64,000 nucleotides of DNA from Eledone cirrhosa. Lineage: Eukaryota. The notes below the pieces were generated by a model. It did no database searches and had not been told where the DNA came from. It worked only from the letters and a program-made list of their open reading frames with translations. Made by a program: the position numbers and the translations under genes. Where the stretch lies: the NCBI GenBank assembly GCA_964016885.1, contig OZ024742.1, positions 172,980,001 through 173,044,000 on the forward strand, in the 5' to 3' direction. Shown in pieces: positions 28,749 through 40,732 of the stretch (within the stretch, counting starts at the first letter, position 1; every line of letters begins with the position of its first letter).

Positions 28749-29149
28749 GATGACCCCTTAGCCTTTGTCAAGGCAGAATTCTAGGAGAAGGAAAACTCTG
28801 ATATAACACCTGCAACCTTGATGGTATCCAATGATGTTGACTTGTTCTTCTTTTTGGTAAATATCATCTTGGTTAAGAGAGTGGGACTGGCTTTGTGCAG
28901 TGCCTTTGCTCACTATAAAAGCTTCACGGCACAGGCATTGGTTTATATCTGGAGATCTCTCTGCACTTGTCATCACAGGGTACAATGGGCCCAGCACTAT
29001 GTGTCAATAATTGTCACAAGTGTAGTGTTTGTACCAGAGTTTTCAAGTCGCTGGCTGGACTAAAAATTCACACTCGTACAGCGCATCAGTAGGGGTTCTC
29101 CTACATGGATATAAAGTAGTGGCCATACTCGAAAACGAGTTGGCAGCCA

Positions 29150-29151
<2 letters not shown>
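28749..29151 (+). mobile_element. Second copy of the 11147 repeat family
   Basis: High similarity and an identical 3' terminus before (TA)n. A diverged relative lies at ~63420-63630. Confidence 0.75.
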
Positions 29152-29213
<62 letters not shown>

Positions 29214-29545
29214 TTACACACACACACATATATATATGTGTGTGTGTTTGTGTGTGTGGATATAAACGATAATTTATTTAGAAGAAGACGCTTGAACTTG
29301 ATAATTTAATTGAATTAGTAGATTTCCTTGTAAGGTTTGACTGACAATTTCTCAGAACACAAATTAATGTAATTGACCTGCACAAAAATAAGATATGTTG
29401 ATGCCCGTCTTTTGCCGTTATGGGGTTTATTATCACAGTTATTTTCTCTCATAATAAAGCTTCACTCGTGTACTTTACACATTTTCTTATATATTATCCA
29501 TAATGTTCTACGTAAGGTACTTAATACGTTAGTAGAATGTATACA

Positions 29546-29682
29546 ACACATTAATATAGAATTGGCTTCTACGGGATTAAAACTGTTTCATTCAAATAAA
29601 AGCCTCATACCAATCTCCTTGATGTTTTCCTTCGAATGAAACAGTTTTAGTCCTGTAGAAGCCATTTCTCTATTAAATGTGT
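29546..29682. repeat. Short fold-back
   Basis: ggcttctacgggattaaaactgtttcattc pairs with gaatgaaacagttttagtcctgtagaagcc. Confidence 0.8.
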
Positions 29683-29754
29683 GCGTGTTTATGTATATAT
29701 CTATATATATATATATACACCACACACATACATATATATATTATATATATATGC

Positions 29755-31437
29755 GTAAACGTGTTTCACAATTTTTTAAGCAACATGGATTAACCGTAGT
29801 GATAGAGCATAACACAAAAACGGTGAGTTTATTAGATGTAACACTAGAATGAACACAGGCATTCACCGGCCTTATCATAAGCCTAATGAGAACCTGCAAT
29901 GTGTGAGCAGACATTCGAACCTCACCAAGTATGTAATCGACTCTATAGTCAAGGGTGTTTCTCACCGGATATCCACATTGTCGGCAAACGCAGATGTGTT
30001 CAGCCAGCATGCCGATTATTATAATGAGGCACTGGCTATGGCCGGTTATACAGAAGCCATAGTGTATACCCCGGACAAGGACGAACCTAACCGCGAGAAA
30101 CAGACATACGCGGATATTAATAATTCTGTCAGAGACTGGCAAAACACCTGGTAACATGCAACAAATAATAAGACTAGGAAAATACATTATGTCAGGAACA
30201 TCAACGTGAGAGCCAGACAGACAAAGACACAGGAAGATTCTAGGGCACACAGCACACGTAAAGAGAATCTCAACACCTGCACACCCGGTGATGGGAGGAT
30301 TAGCAATAGTAATAGAGTAAAGGGAGCACATAATGTGGAACTAAGTAGGGAGACCAAATGGATCAATAACATAGTTATAACTACGGCAGAACAACCAGAC
30401 AGTAGGAATGACATTAACTATAGGGCCAGTAAACACGATCAACATAATTTAGAAGGTGAAAACAATAATTCGGACCTACATGGTAGATCTAGGAATAGCG
30501 TTAGCATGGGGGCGGAATTAGCGGATAAGCACAACTCGGGAAAATAAATTGTCTCTACACACTACTACACACAGACGACGAAATAGGACAAGATCTAGGA
30601 AGATCACGTGGTTCAATGCACCATATTCGAAAAACGTGTGCACCATCATACCCAGCCTCTTTTTCAGGGCATTGGATGAGTGCTTCCCGGCGTCGCATAG
30701 GTACCACAGGCTCTTCAATCGCCACACAGTGACGTTCTATTTTGCACTGCACGCAAAATGGCCGACTATATAGCCAACTAATGCAGTGAAAATGAGGAAC
30801 TTCGAAACGTCGACAACTACAGGCGAGTGGTATTTTTGGAGGGCGAGGAGGAGCACATAGGGACGCGGCCAGCAATAACAGTAGACATAGAACTCGATAA
30901 CGAGGCGCCACCGACCACAAGCACTGAGTACGCTGCGTCTGCAGAATAGCATGGATGAGGTGGGGCGTGCGTCGCATCAAGGCCACGTCCCTACGTAATT
31001 ACTGAGCAGCATATAACCCGAACTTGTAACTGCCGCGTTGGCACACAATACCCTCTACGGGGAATTGCCTAGTAAGGGCATTGTCTATACATGTGTGGTT
31101 AACACGCAAAAAGCTAAGCACACTTACATCGACCTGTAAGTCGAGTATGTAAAATCACACTAATTCTTTTAAGGACCGGGATAAGAGGCACTCCAATAGG
31201 CAGGCAGACATCAGGTGGGACTTGAAAGATAGTGGCACTGCATACGATCTGAACTGGAGTATCATTCAACGTGCAAATGCATACTCAAATAGCGAAGGCT
31301 GATGCAAGCTGTGCTTGCCTGAAGCCATGGAAATAGTTAGATTAAAGGGTGACGCAGTCAACCTGAAATCCGAGGTCATCATGGCATGCAGACATCAACG
31401 GAAATGTACATTCTCTGCATTGGAATTCCCAATCTAA
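29755..31437 (+). pseudogene. 5'-truncated Penelope-like element (RT thumb, long linker, GIY-YIG)
   Basis: VSLLDVTL, RPYHKPNENL, ITWFNAPYS, IVYTCVV..TYI and CKLCLPEA..KSEVIMACRHQRK. Confidence 0.85.
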
Positions 31438-31931
31438 CTTGAGACCTGTGGAGATACGGACATGAACAAGGGGAGCGACACAAGTATATGGAATGTGACA
31501 TCGTACCATTGATTATATTGTATTTTATTTACAACGTGTCAGCATAACCAACGTTACACATATTGTCTTGTATTTTATTTAAAAACTGTCATCACACCAT
31601 CACAGATACGGCATCTTAATTTTCATTAAAATACTCAACCTTATCTTACTTTTCATTTACGTGCTCAACTTTACCTTGTAATTTATTCTATTGTATATAT
31701 TTTTAATGAGTTTTTCATGTGTATTTTTTATATGGTTAATACCTTATCTCACCCTACTCGATGTACATGTATGTATATATACGTATATGTGTGTGTGTGG
31801 GTCTATGTGTGTGTGGGTGTGCCACTGCGTGCGTGTGTATATGTGCATTTGTATGTAGGGGTATATCTGTATATAGAGGTGTGTGTATGTATGTCTGTCT
31901 ATACACACACATACATATATGTATATATATT

Positions 31932-32650
31932 ACGACTCGGTATGGAGACTCCTGTCGCCCGTCATTTGTGTTCTCCTGGTCATTCTTCCCTACATGTTTC
32001 AGTCCTGGGGTCACAGGCCTCGGGCACCAGGAATGAACAAAATCTGATTCACCGTCTTGGATCCTATTCCCCACTTGGACTCAACTCACCTCCCCAATTT
32101 CTCTAATACGCCTTCCATTATCACACCCCTAGATTCCTATCGCATTGTCGTTGCTCATAGCTTCATACTTACATCAACATACACTCTTTTACTTACATAT
32201 ACACACATACCACTTCTTAGCTGCGTACGGACCTATAATAACACACACACACACAAACACAAACTCACACACACACAAACACACACACAAACTCATGCTT
32301 ACGCACGTGCTCAAGTATAGCTCTTTTTACAAAACAGTTATTTTACCATTTCCGGTAGACGTACGCCATCATTCACTTCTCTAAAAAACATATCATAAAC
32401 AAAATGCCAGCAACAACAATTTTGCAAGTGATGTCAACATGAATGGACCTATTATTTTTATCTAAATACATTTTTTCCAATTCCATCACGCCCATCCCCT
32501 TAATCTATTTTATTTCTCATTCTTTCTTCTGATGAACGACTAGCGTCCGTAATGTTAATACACTCTTCCAGCTATATCAAGCGTTAACCTAATATATACC
32601 TTCCATATACTGTACCGATTGTGTTGTTATTTCTGTTTACCTTTTACATA
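31932..32650 (+). mobile_element. 3' end of a different PLE (GIY-YIG C-terminus) with a degenerate HHR at ~32529
   Basis: PVARHLCSPGHS..VSVLG..EQNLIHRLGSYSPLGLN, followed by ctgatgaacgactagcgtccgtaatgtt. Confidence 0.7.
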
Positions 32651-32900
32651 CATGTATGTGTATATATATATTCATAGGTGTGTGTGGGTATGTGTGTGTG
32701 TAACTGCATGTATATAAAATGCAAATGTGTACGTATATGTAGGTATGTGTGCGTAGATATGCATGGGAGTGTGTGATTGTAGGCCTATGTACTTATGCGT
32801 ATATCTATCTATGTGTATGTATTTGTGTGTATCTATATTTGCGTGTGTATTCACAGACATATGTATATATACGTGTTTGCGTATATTATATATATATATA

Positions 32901-33094
32901 GGAAAACGTATGACCCCGACGGCAGAGCTCAAGCCGTTTTAGGGCTATTTCTGAAGTGCAGCAGAAATAGCCATTAAAACGGCTTGAGCTCTGCCGTCGG
33001 GGTTATACTTTTTCCTATTACCCACTCTACTACACTAAGTATTGAGTACTCTGGTGCGTTATGGACCATCTGTTCCTTACCATAATTCCTTCGT

Positions 33095-33095
<1 letters not shown>
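32901..33095. mobile_element. Family A fold-back between (TA)n tracts
   Basis: 32901-32952 is the inverse of 32961-33016. The right arm continues to the same 3' end seen at 15681. Confidence 0.85.
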
Positions 33096-33126
<31 letters not shown>

Positions 33127-33585
33127 CACATATATATATTCACACACATATATATAAGGGTGCACACGGGTACGGGCGTGCGAGTATGTATCTGTGGGCG
33201 CCTGTGTGTGTGTGTATGTATGTGTGCGTGAATGTGTGTGTGTGTATATGGATGTATGCGTGTATGTGTGTCTGTATGTGCGTACAAATATGAGTGTGTC
33301 TGTGTGTGTGTGTTTATGTGTGTGTGCGTATGTGTAGACTTGTTCTGTGGCTGGTACTTTTACACGCCTGCGCCCACATTATAGTAGTTTGCTCACCAAT
33401 TCCGAGTGATGGACAGGTCACGCGTGAATAAATGCAGCAAGCGGCCGTGTTGACTGGTCAACGAAGGAGGTGGCGCCTCAAATTCTTAGCCAATGAGAAG
33501 GCGGCATAAACAGATTGATGTATAATACTGGGGATGAAACGGACCGAACATTTTCAGTCGGAAGTAATGCCTTAAAAACGATAAT

Positions 33586-33675
33586 CATATCTGAGGACCT
33601 TGCGATATAAGGACATTGTTCGATCTATAATAGATCGTACCTTGAGCTGACCGTAGGAGAAACATATGTAATATG
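33586..33675 (+). ncRNA. Type I hammerhead ribozyme with branched, extended stem II
   Basis: CAUAU-CUGAGGA-CCUUGCG..(CGAUCUAUAAUAGAUCG)..CGUAGG-A-GAAA-CAUAUG-UA-AUAUG. Confidence 0.8.
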
Positions 33676-33781
33676 TTAAGAAATTGTGTTTTGTTGTATC
33701 ACCGTTTATCCGTTATTTATAATACATATATATATATATAGAGAGAGAGAGAAAAATACTGCAAGTAGCACATGGATAACA

Positions 33782-33874
<93 letters not shown>

Positions 33875-34069
33875 TGTATTAGGTATAGGATTATCCTGGA
33901 TGCAGTAATGGTTACTTACTACACTGGATAGAGTTGAGGTACGGTGAGAGGTTACTCAACGAGTTATGGAAGAAGTGTTGAACAAACATAGTTCCTGATC
34001 CTTCTGTATTCCGGAGTGTAGATAAAGAATGAATAATAACAGGTAGACATCTTAAAAAAGGTAATTTAT

Positions 34070-36327
34070 TCTATGTGCTTACAAATGACACAACGCAATA
34101 ATACAAATGATACAAATGATACAACGCAATAATGACTTCATTCGGCGTGTACGATGGAAGGCTTTCCATCTCGATAAGGAACACGCCAGCCACTCGTCTG
34201 AATCATATGGTTTTAAATCATGTAAAAACCCACCCACAAATACCCATTTCGACGCTTTCGAACAAGATTTAATGAATACGTCCATGAATATTAAGTTTAC
34301 CAAACATAGAAGTAATGAGCTGCAGAGCAACATGAAAGCACTACTCCGAAGACAGCAACATACCAATGGAATTGTTGTGAAAGCTGACAAGACCTCTAAC
34401 GTGTATACCATGGATATCGATACATACAACTACACAAAAAATATGACTACAATGAACTACACAAAAAATATAGAAAAACAAGTGAAACTACGCTAACAAA
34501 TATTAACAACGAGACATTGAAGGTGGTGAAGAATCTCAAGATAGACGATAGAACCGAGCCGATTATACCCACAACCCCCACATTTCACCTGAAGGACCAT
34601 AAGGTAAATTTTGACTCTAACCCTAAGATTAGACTTATATGCCCTTCTAAATCAGACATAGGAAAAATTAGCAACCATATATTTGACAGAGTAATAACTA
34701 AAGTGAAAAAGAAAATAGAAATTAAATTGTGGGGCAACACTAGCGAAGTAATTCGCTGGTTTAATAACGTTAAGAACAAGAATAAATCTAAGTTTATACA
34801 ATTTGACATAGACGAATACTACTCTTCAATCTGACCCGGCACTTTACGTAAGGCCCTATCGTTTGCTAAAGTCAATTCCAACCTAAAGGCGGACGAAATT
34901 AATATTATTCTCGAGGCTAGAAAAACTATTATCAAGTTTGATAACTGCTACTGGGAACGTAAGGACAGACCTACAAACTTCGACATTACCATGGGTTCCA
35001 ACGACTCAGAGGAGGTCACGGATCTTGTGGGAATTTACATAGCCCACATACTACATGGTAAATGTAGTAATCTACAGGGGGGAATATACAGAGATGACGG
35101 GCTCTTATTATTTAATAACTTAAATAACCACAATCTTGAAAGGCTACGGAAAAACATTAGAAAATCTTTTAGTGAACTGGGTCTAAAAATAACGTACGAA
35201 TACAATCTTAAAGTAGTAAATTTTCTAGACGTAACTCTTAATTTAAATACCGGACTGATACGACCCTTCCACAAGATAAATGAGAACCTTACCTATATCA
35301 ATTTTAACTCAAACCACCCACTTTCGATGATCAAATCGGTTCCCCGTAGTATTTCTCTTAGAATCTCTCGCCTATCATCTGACTCTGACATTTTTAGTGA
35401 ACATGCATTAAGGAATGCCGACCACCGGGATACAATAGAATACATTGATAAGAATCTCCATAACACACATAGCTCTACACGAAATCAAGGAATACGTAAC
35501 CGGGGTACTGGAATACAATCGCACACACGCAGTACCACCAGACATACTAATAATAGAAAATCATCACCAAATAAATCACGTTGTAGAAAGTATATCTGGT
35601 ATAATCCCATTTTTTAATGCTTCGATTAGTACAAAACTATCTCTTTCATTCTTTAAGTTAATCAAAAAGCATTTCTCTAGTTCCAATAAATACAGTAAAA
35701 TTCTGAACTCTAAAACTATTAAACTATCATACTCCACGGCACCAAACCTTGAAGCATACATAAAAAAACTTAACTTAAAGCAATTAAACAACACTACAAA
35801 ACAAAATATTTTAATAACGTAATATCGGCCTCCCAACCACTAAATGGGAGACAGGTATTACACAACCCACCTGTACTGCTATCACGACCCACAACAAAAA
35901 CTGTAACTTCCACCTACCTGAAAGATGTCCATCGAAGAATAAATGCCTAAAGTCCAACATTGTTTACCAATGCACTGTTGAATCGAACGACTAGAAATGG
36001 TATTACATCGGGTCTACCACTACCTCCTTTAAATCTCGCTGGTACCGTCATCGATTCTCAATTAAACATCCTGACCACCGTTTTGTGACCACGCTCGCCA
36101 ACAAGACCTGGCAACTCCATGAACGCAACCAACATTTCACCTTGAAATGGGATATACTTTTCAGCGCTAGTGCATATCGGAGTGGAGTGAAGTACTGTAG
36201 GTTATGTAACCTTGAACTCTTTTACATCTTAAAATTCAAAAATAAATTATTAATTGATAGAATCGAACGATCCTTATACTGCAACCACAAACTGAAAGCT
36301 AAATTCTCTCACTATAAAATAACTTAA
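34070..36327 (+). pseudogene. Near full-length Penelope-like RT + GIY-YIG ORF, disrupted
   Basis: VKADKT, HLKDHK..PKIRLICP, FIQFDIDEYYSSI, MGSNDS, IYRDDGL, NFLDVTL, IVYQC..YYIGSTTTSFKSRW and CRLCNLE. Confidence 0.93.
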
Positions 36328-37050
36328 CATTCGAACCCGTAACTATAACATTGCTTTCTAGCTAACCGCCGTCTCTTCCCCCACACTACAACACAATGCC
36401 CTGCTTATCATTATAAATGGGAACATATTGCAATTCGTAGATTACTACTATGACTCCAATGTACACCCACCCCATAGCTTTCGCCTGTCCCCTCTCTATC
36501 TCTCCCTCTCTATCCATTCCACCCTCTCTCTCTCTTGCCCTAAGTACACCTCCCTCCCTCTCACATCTATGAACCTGCCCTCTGGGGCAATAAATAATTC
36601 CAACTTTGACTATCAACGCATCGCTTAAGGGGGTCGCTTTAAGAGTAACCAGTATAATAAAACCCCTACCACAACATTTTGATTAAGATATCTACAAACC
36701 ACTCTCTCCCATTTCTCCAACCCCTGCATATCTCTCTTTCTCTCCCTCTCCCCCTATTTTCTCTCTTCTTTTTCTACTCTATATTCCCCAATAACCTCAA
36801 TTAAGGGTATTTACGATGTACATTTTAACCATTCTGCTTTAATGATACAGTGGTCACAGCATTTGATAATTGAGTTTTGCAAATAGTTATAAATTTGCAC
36901 ATAGCATAACTAAGCTGTATAACCACCGTGGAACCATTTATAAGCACACAGAATAAATTACCTTTTTATGATGTCTACCTGTTATTATTCATTCTTTATA
37001 TGTATATATATATATAGTTTTAATATAGATATGTATATATGTATATATGC

Positions 37051-37121
<71 letters not shown>

Positions 37122-37504
37122 CGCGTCCATGGTGTTGGTGTGAAACTTTTTATAGTTTTCCTCATTTAAAAGTCAGCTAGTCCACATTCAATTTAAAGTC
37201 CTGTTAACAGATGCTTATTTGTTACCAGTTTTCTTTTATATTTTTATATTTGATTTTTAAAAATGCCTAATCACACGCATACACTATGCTAATACGGCCA
37301 GACAATGTTAGAAATGTTCACGAACTATATATACTTTGTTATACATTAATCACTTTTAAAAAATCTGTTACTCGCACATGTAATCTTCTGAAAATATCCG
37401 GTACGATCAACTTCTTTCCTTCATCCAAAGCCTGAATCGAGTAACATAATTCTTTCTGTATCTTTTGGTTTGGCATTTTTTTTATTATATATATATATAT
37501 ATAT

Positions 37505-38957
37505 ATTCTGAAATTGTTTAGCAATATTCTTTATCTGAAAACGTGTGTTGAAACCGATATTGTTATACTTTGGGAGTGTCATGTTGCCAATAAGAAACAC
37601 ACGCACCAGTCGCTTTCACTTCCATTTATTATAATAAATTTATAAATTTAGGAATTTATAAATTTCCGGTTGGTTGGTTGGTTCCACAACCAGATGATTG
37701 TTCATATATTGTCAACGTTCTTTCGTCACACATTCTGTGACCTCTTCAGTGACTGGGGATTCTTTACTTTGTTTTTGTGCCTCTCCTTTTTTCTGCCCTA
37801 CGCCATCTTGTTTTGTGTGTGTGCTGTGTGCTTAGATTGCGCATGTGATACATCCGGGTGTCTGTGTGTTTATATTTGTTTATTTATTTGTTTATTTACA
37901 TGTTACTGGTTGGTTGTTTGTTCTATGTGTGTGAGTGTTATCATTTTTCCTTAATTGTAAGTTGTGATGTTGCTGTTCCATTCATGTTTTCTATTTAATT
38001 TTGGTTGGAGTTCATTTATGTTTATTGCCTCTGTGATTTGTCTAAACATTGCGTCTTTTCTGTGTGTAGATTTTATTTTTATTTCTATGTTCTCTAATTT
38101 ACCCTTATGTTCTGCTTTAGTATGTTGGTAGAGTACAGATGATTATTTACTATCTTGAAGATCTCGCCAGTCTTCATTTATCAGTTCCCCTATACTACGA
38201 GCTGTGTCACCTATGTACACTATATTCTTATCTCTACATTGTCCTTCAGTACATCTTATGCTATATACTACATTTCTAGTTTTACAGTTAAAATGGATGC
38301 TTAATTTACAGATTATACATTTCTTATCTATACAGTGAGGTCTTTGAAAAGGGTATGTATTGCTCATAAGTGTTTTTATGGAGGTACCTGGTCTTTCTAG
38401 TATCTTAATATTGATTTTATGTTTATCTAGGGCCCATCTAAATTTGTAAGCTAATTCACCACTAAGGGTTGTATCGATGAACATTACACTCTGGTATTTA
38501 TTGCTATCATACCATGAGTTTATTCTATTAACCTTATTCCTAGTTCTTTCTATTCTATTCCAAAATTTGCTCCTATACAAGGGGCAGGTCGCTCATTATT
38601 TCCCATGTTTTCCCATGTGGTTCTGGCTCCTCTATATACTCTGAGTTTATCTCTCTGATTGTAACCAGACAAATGCTAACGGTGGATTAAGTGTTTTATG
38701 TGTCTCACCAGTTCTATGTGGTTGCACATGCGGGACACGTTTCTCATCACCCGTACCAAATCCGCAATCAGTATGTTGATTTTGGTATGGTCCGAAAGAA
38801 CTGTCACAATATATGAACAATCATCTGGTGGTGGAACAAACCAACCAACCGGATATTTATAAATTCCTAACTTTATAAATTTATTATAAAAAAATGGAGG
38901 TGAAACAACGGGTGCGTGTGTTTCTTATTGGTAACATGACCCTCCCAAAGTATAACG

Positions 38958-38958
<1 letters not shown>
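37505..38958 (-). mobile_element. 5'-truncated PLE (GIY-YIG) with inverted 3' arm, bounded by (TA)n
   Basis: ORF 38143-38580 contains NVVYSIRC..VYIGDTARS. 38806-38958 is the inverse of ~37557-37712. An HHR-like motif lies at 37711-37753. Confidence 0.88.
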
Positions 38959-38988
<30 letters not shown>

Positions 38989-39236
38989 TGTCTCCCTGTA
39001 CTCGCGAGGGTTACGTTGTTAGAGCACCCTTTAAGAGTGAAAGAGAAGAACAATAAATATTGTACCCGGTCCCTAAATAATGCCTATAAACGTCAAAACA
39101 CATCGTAAATTGTAGGCTGACAAATATAGATAATCTAGCATTACGAAGAGTGAAAAATATATATATATTACTATGAAAAGTTCATTTAGAAATCGTGCAA
39201 TTCATTTACGATTCCGTGAATATATGCCGGGGTACA

Positions 39237-39298
<62 letters not shown>

Positions 39299-39427
39299 AG
39301 GTTATATTTAATTTGTTGGGATACAACAAGCCAAATATTTTTATAACTGATATGGAGCACTCAACGAATTATTGGAGTAAATACAATGTATTAACAATTG
39401 GAAACTATATTTATAAAAACATAATTA

Positions 39428-39489
39428 TTTCATTATACATATTACGAGGGCCACCAAGTCAAACTATGGTGCGCTTTCATCAGATAAAA
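39428..39489 (-). ncRNA. Degenerate hammerhead (GAAA>GUAA), same family as 18054
   Basis: UUUUAU-CUGAUGA-..CACCA..UGGUG..-GUAA-UAUGUA-UA-AUGAAA. Confidence 0.55.
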
Positions 39490-39950
39490 TATAATATAGG
39501 TTAGTTTCATAAATAAATATTGACATACCCTGAAAAAATGCAACCATTCTGGTTGGATTCTCCTGGATATATATATATATATAAATATAGACTTAAAAAG
39601 AGAATGAGAATAATAATAAAGCAGCAACGGGGCGGGGGTTCGCTTGTCAGTTGTCTCCTGGGGATTTCGGATATTTCAACGCTTTAAATACAATATATTT
39701 ACATCCAGGGCATTCAATAGCCGCGTAAGTTATTGGGAAAACGGAGGAGGGAGAGAAGGAATATAGAAGGGAAACAGGGAAACGAGAAAATAGCAAAAAG
39801 ATAAATAAAAAAAAACTTAAGACCGTGCAGTTGTTTTTTACGCTGTTTCCGCTGTTTTCTCTTTTCCCTTTTCCCTTCTATCCCTCCTCCGTATATATAT
39901 ATATATAGCTGTATATAAGTATATGTACACACACACACTTACATACACAG

Positions 39951-40013
<63 letters not shown>

Positions 40014-40152
40014 CATACATATATATGTATATATGTGTATATGTATATATATATATATATATGTATATATCGTATATATATATATATGTATATATATACG
40101 TATATGTATGTATATATATATATGTATATATGTATATATATATATATATGTA

Positions 40153-40261
<109 letters not shown>

Positions 40262-40692
40262 TGTTTGTTTGATTGTTTGATGACGCAGTAAGGAGCTTAC
40301 TTTAGAGTCTCTGAATAAATTCATTTGTTCACACATTTGAATTCACCCACCAAAGCTCGGATGTGAATCTTCCTCTTTTCTTCTGTCAAAGCACACCCTG
40401 AAACCATTTAATTATTATCTTTTTCTATAGAACTGTGTTATCTTACACAAAGCGCAAACATAAACAGTTTCTTTAAAAATTATAACAATAATGGACTTGT
40501 TACTTTTTTATAAATATAATGTATTTTATTTTCCCTTACTGCCCATCTCCGTAATCTGTTTATGTTTTATTTATTTTTACAGTTGAGAGGTATCGTCTGA
40601 AATGTGAATATACTTGTCCTACTATTTCAAGATTAACAAGAATAATATCTATCTCCATTGTAATTTCTCGTTTCTTATTTCTGATTGTGCTT

Positions 40693-40732
<40 letters not shown>

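Noticed and set aside
40301-40397. Possible minus-strand host exon (tttcag|...|gtaagc)
   Set aside because: All three frames contain stops, the pyrimidine tract is weak and no partner exons were found.
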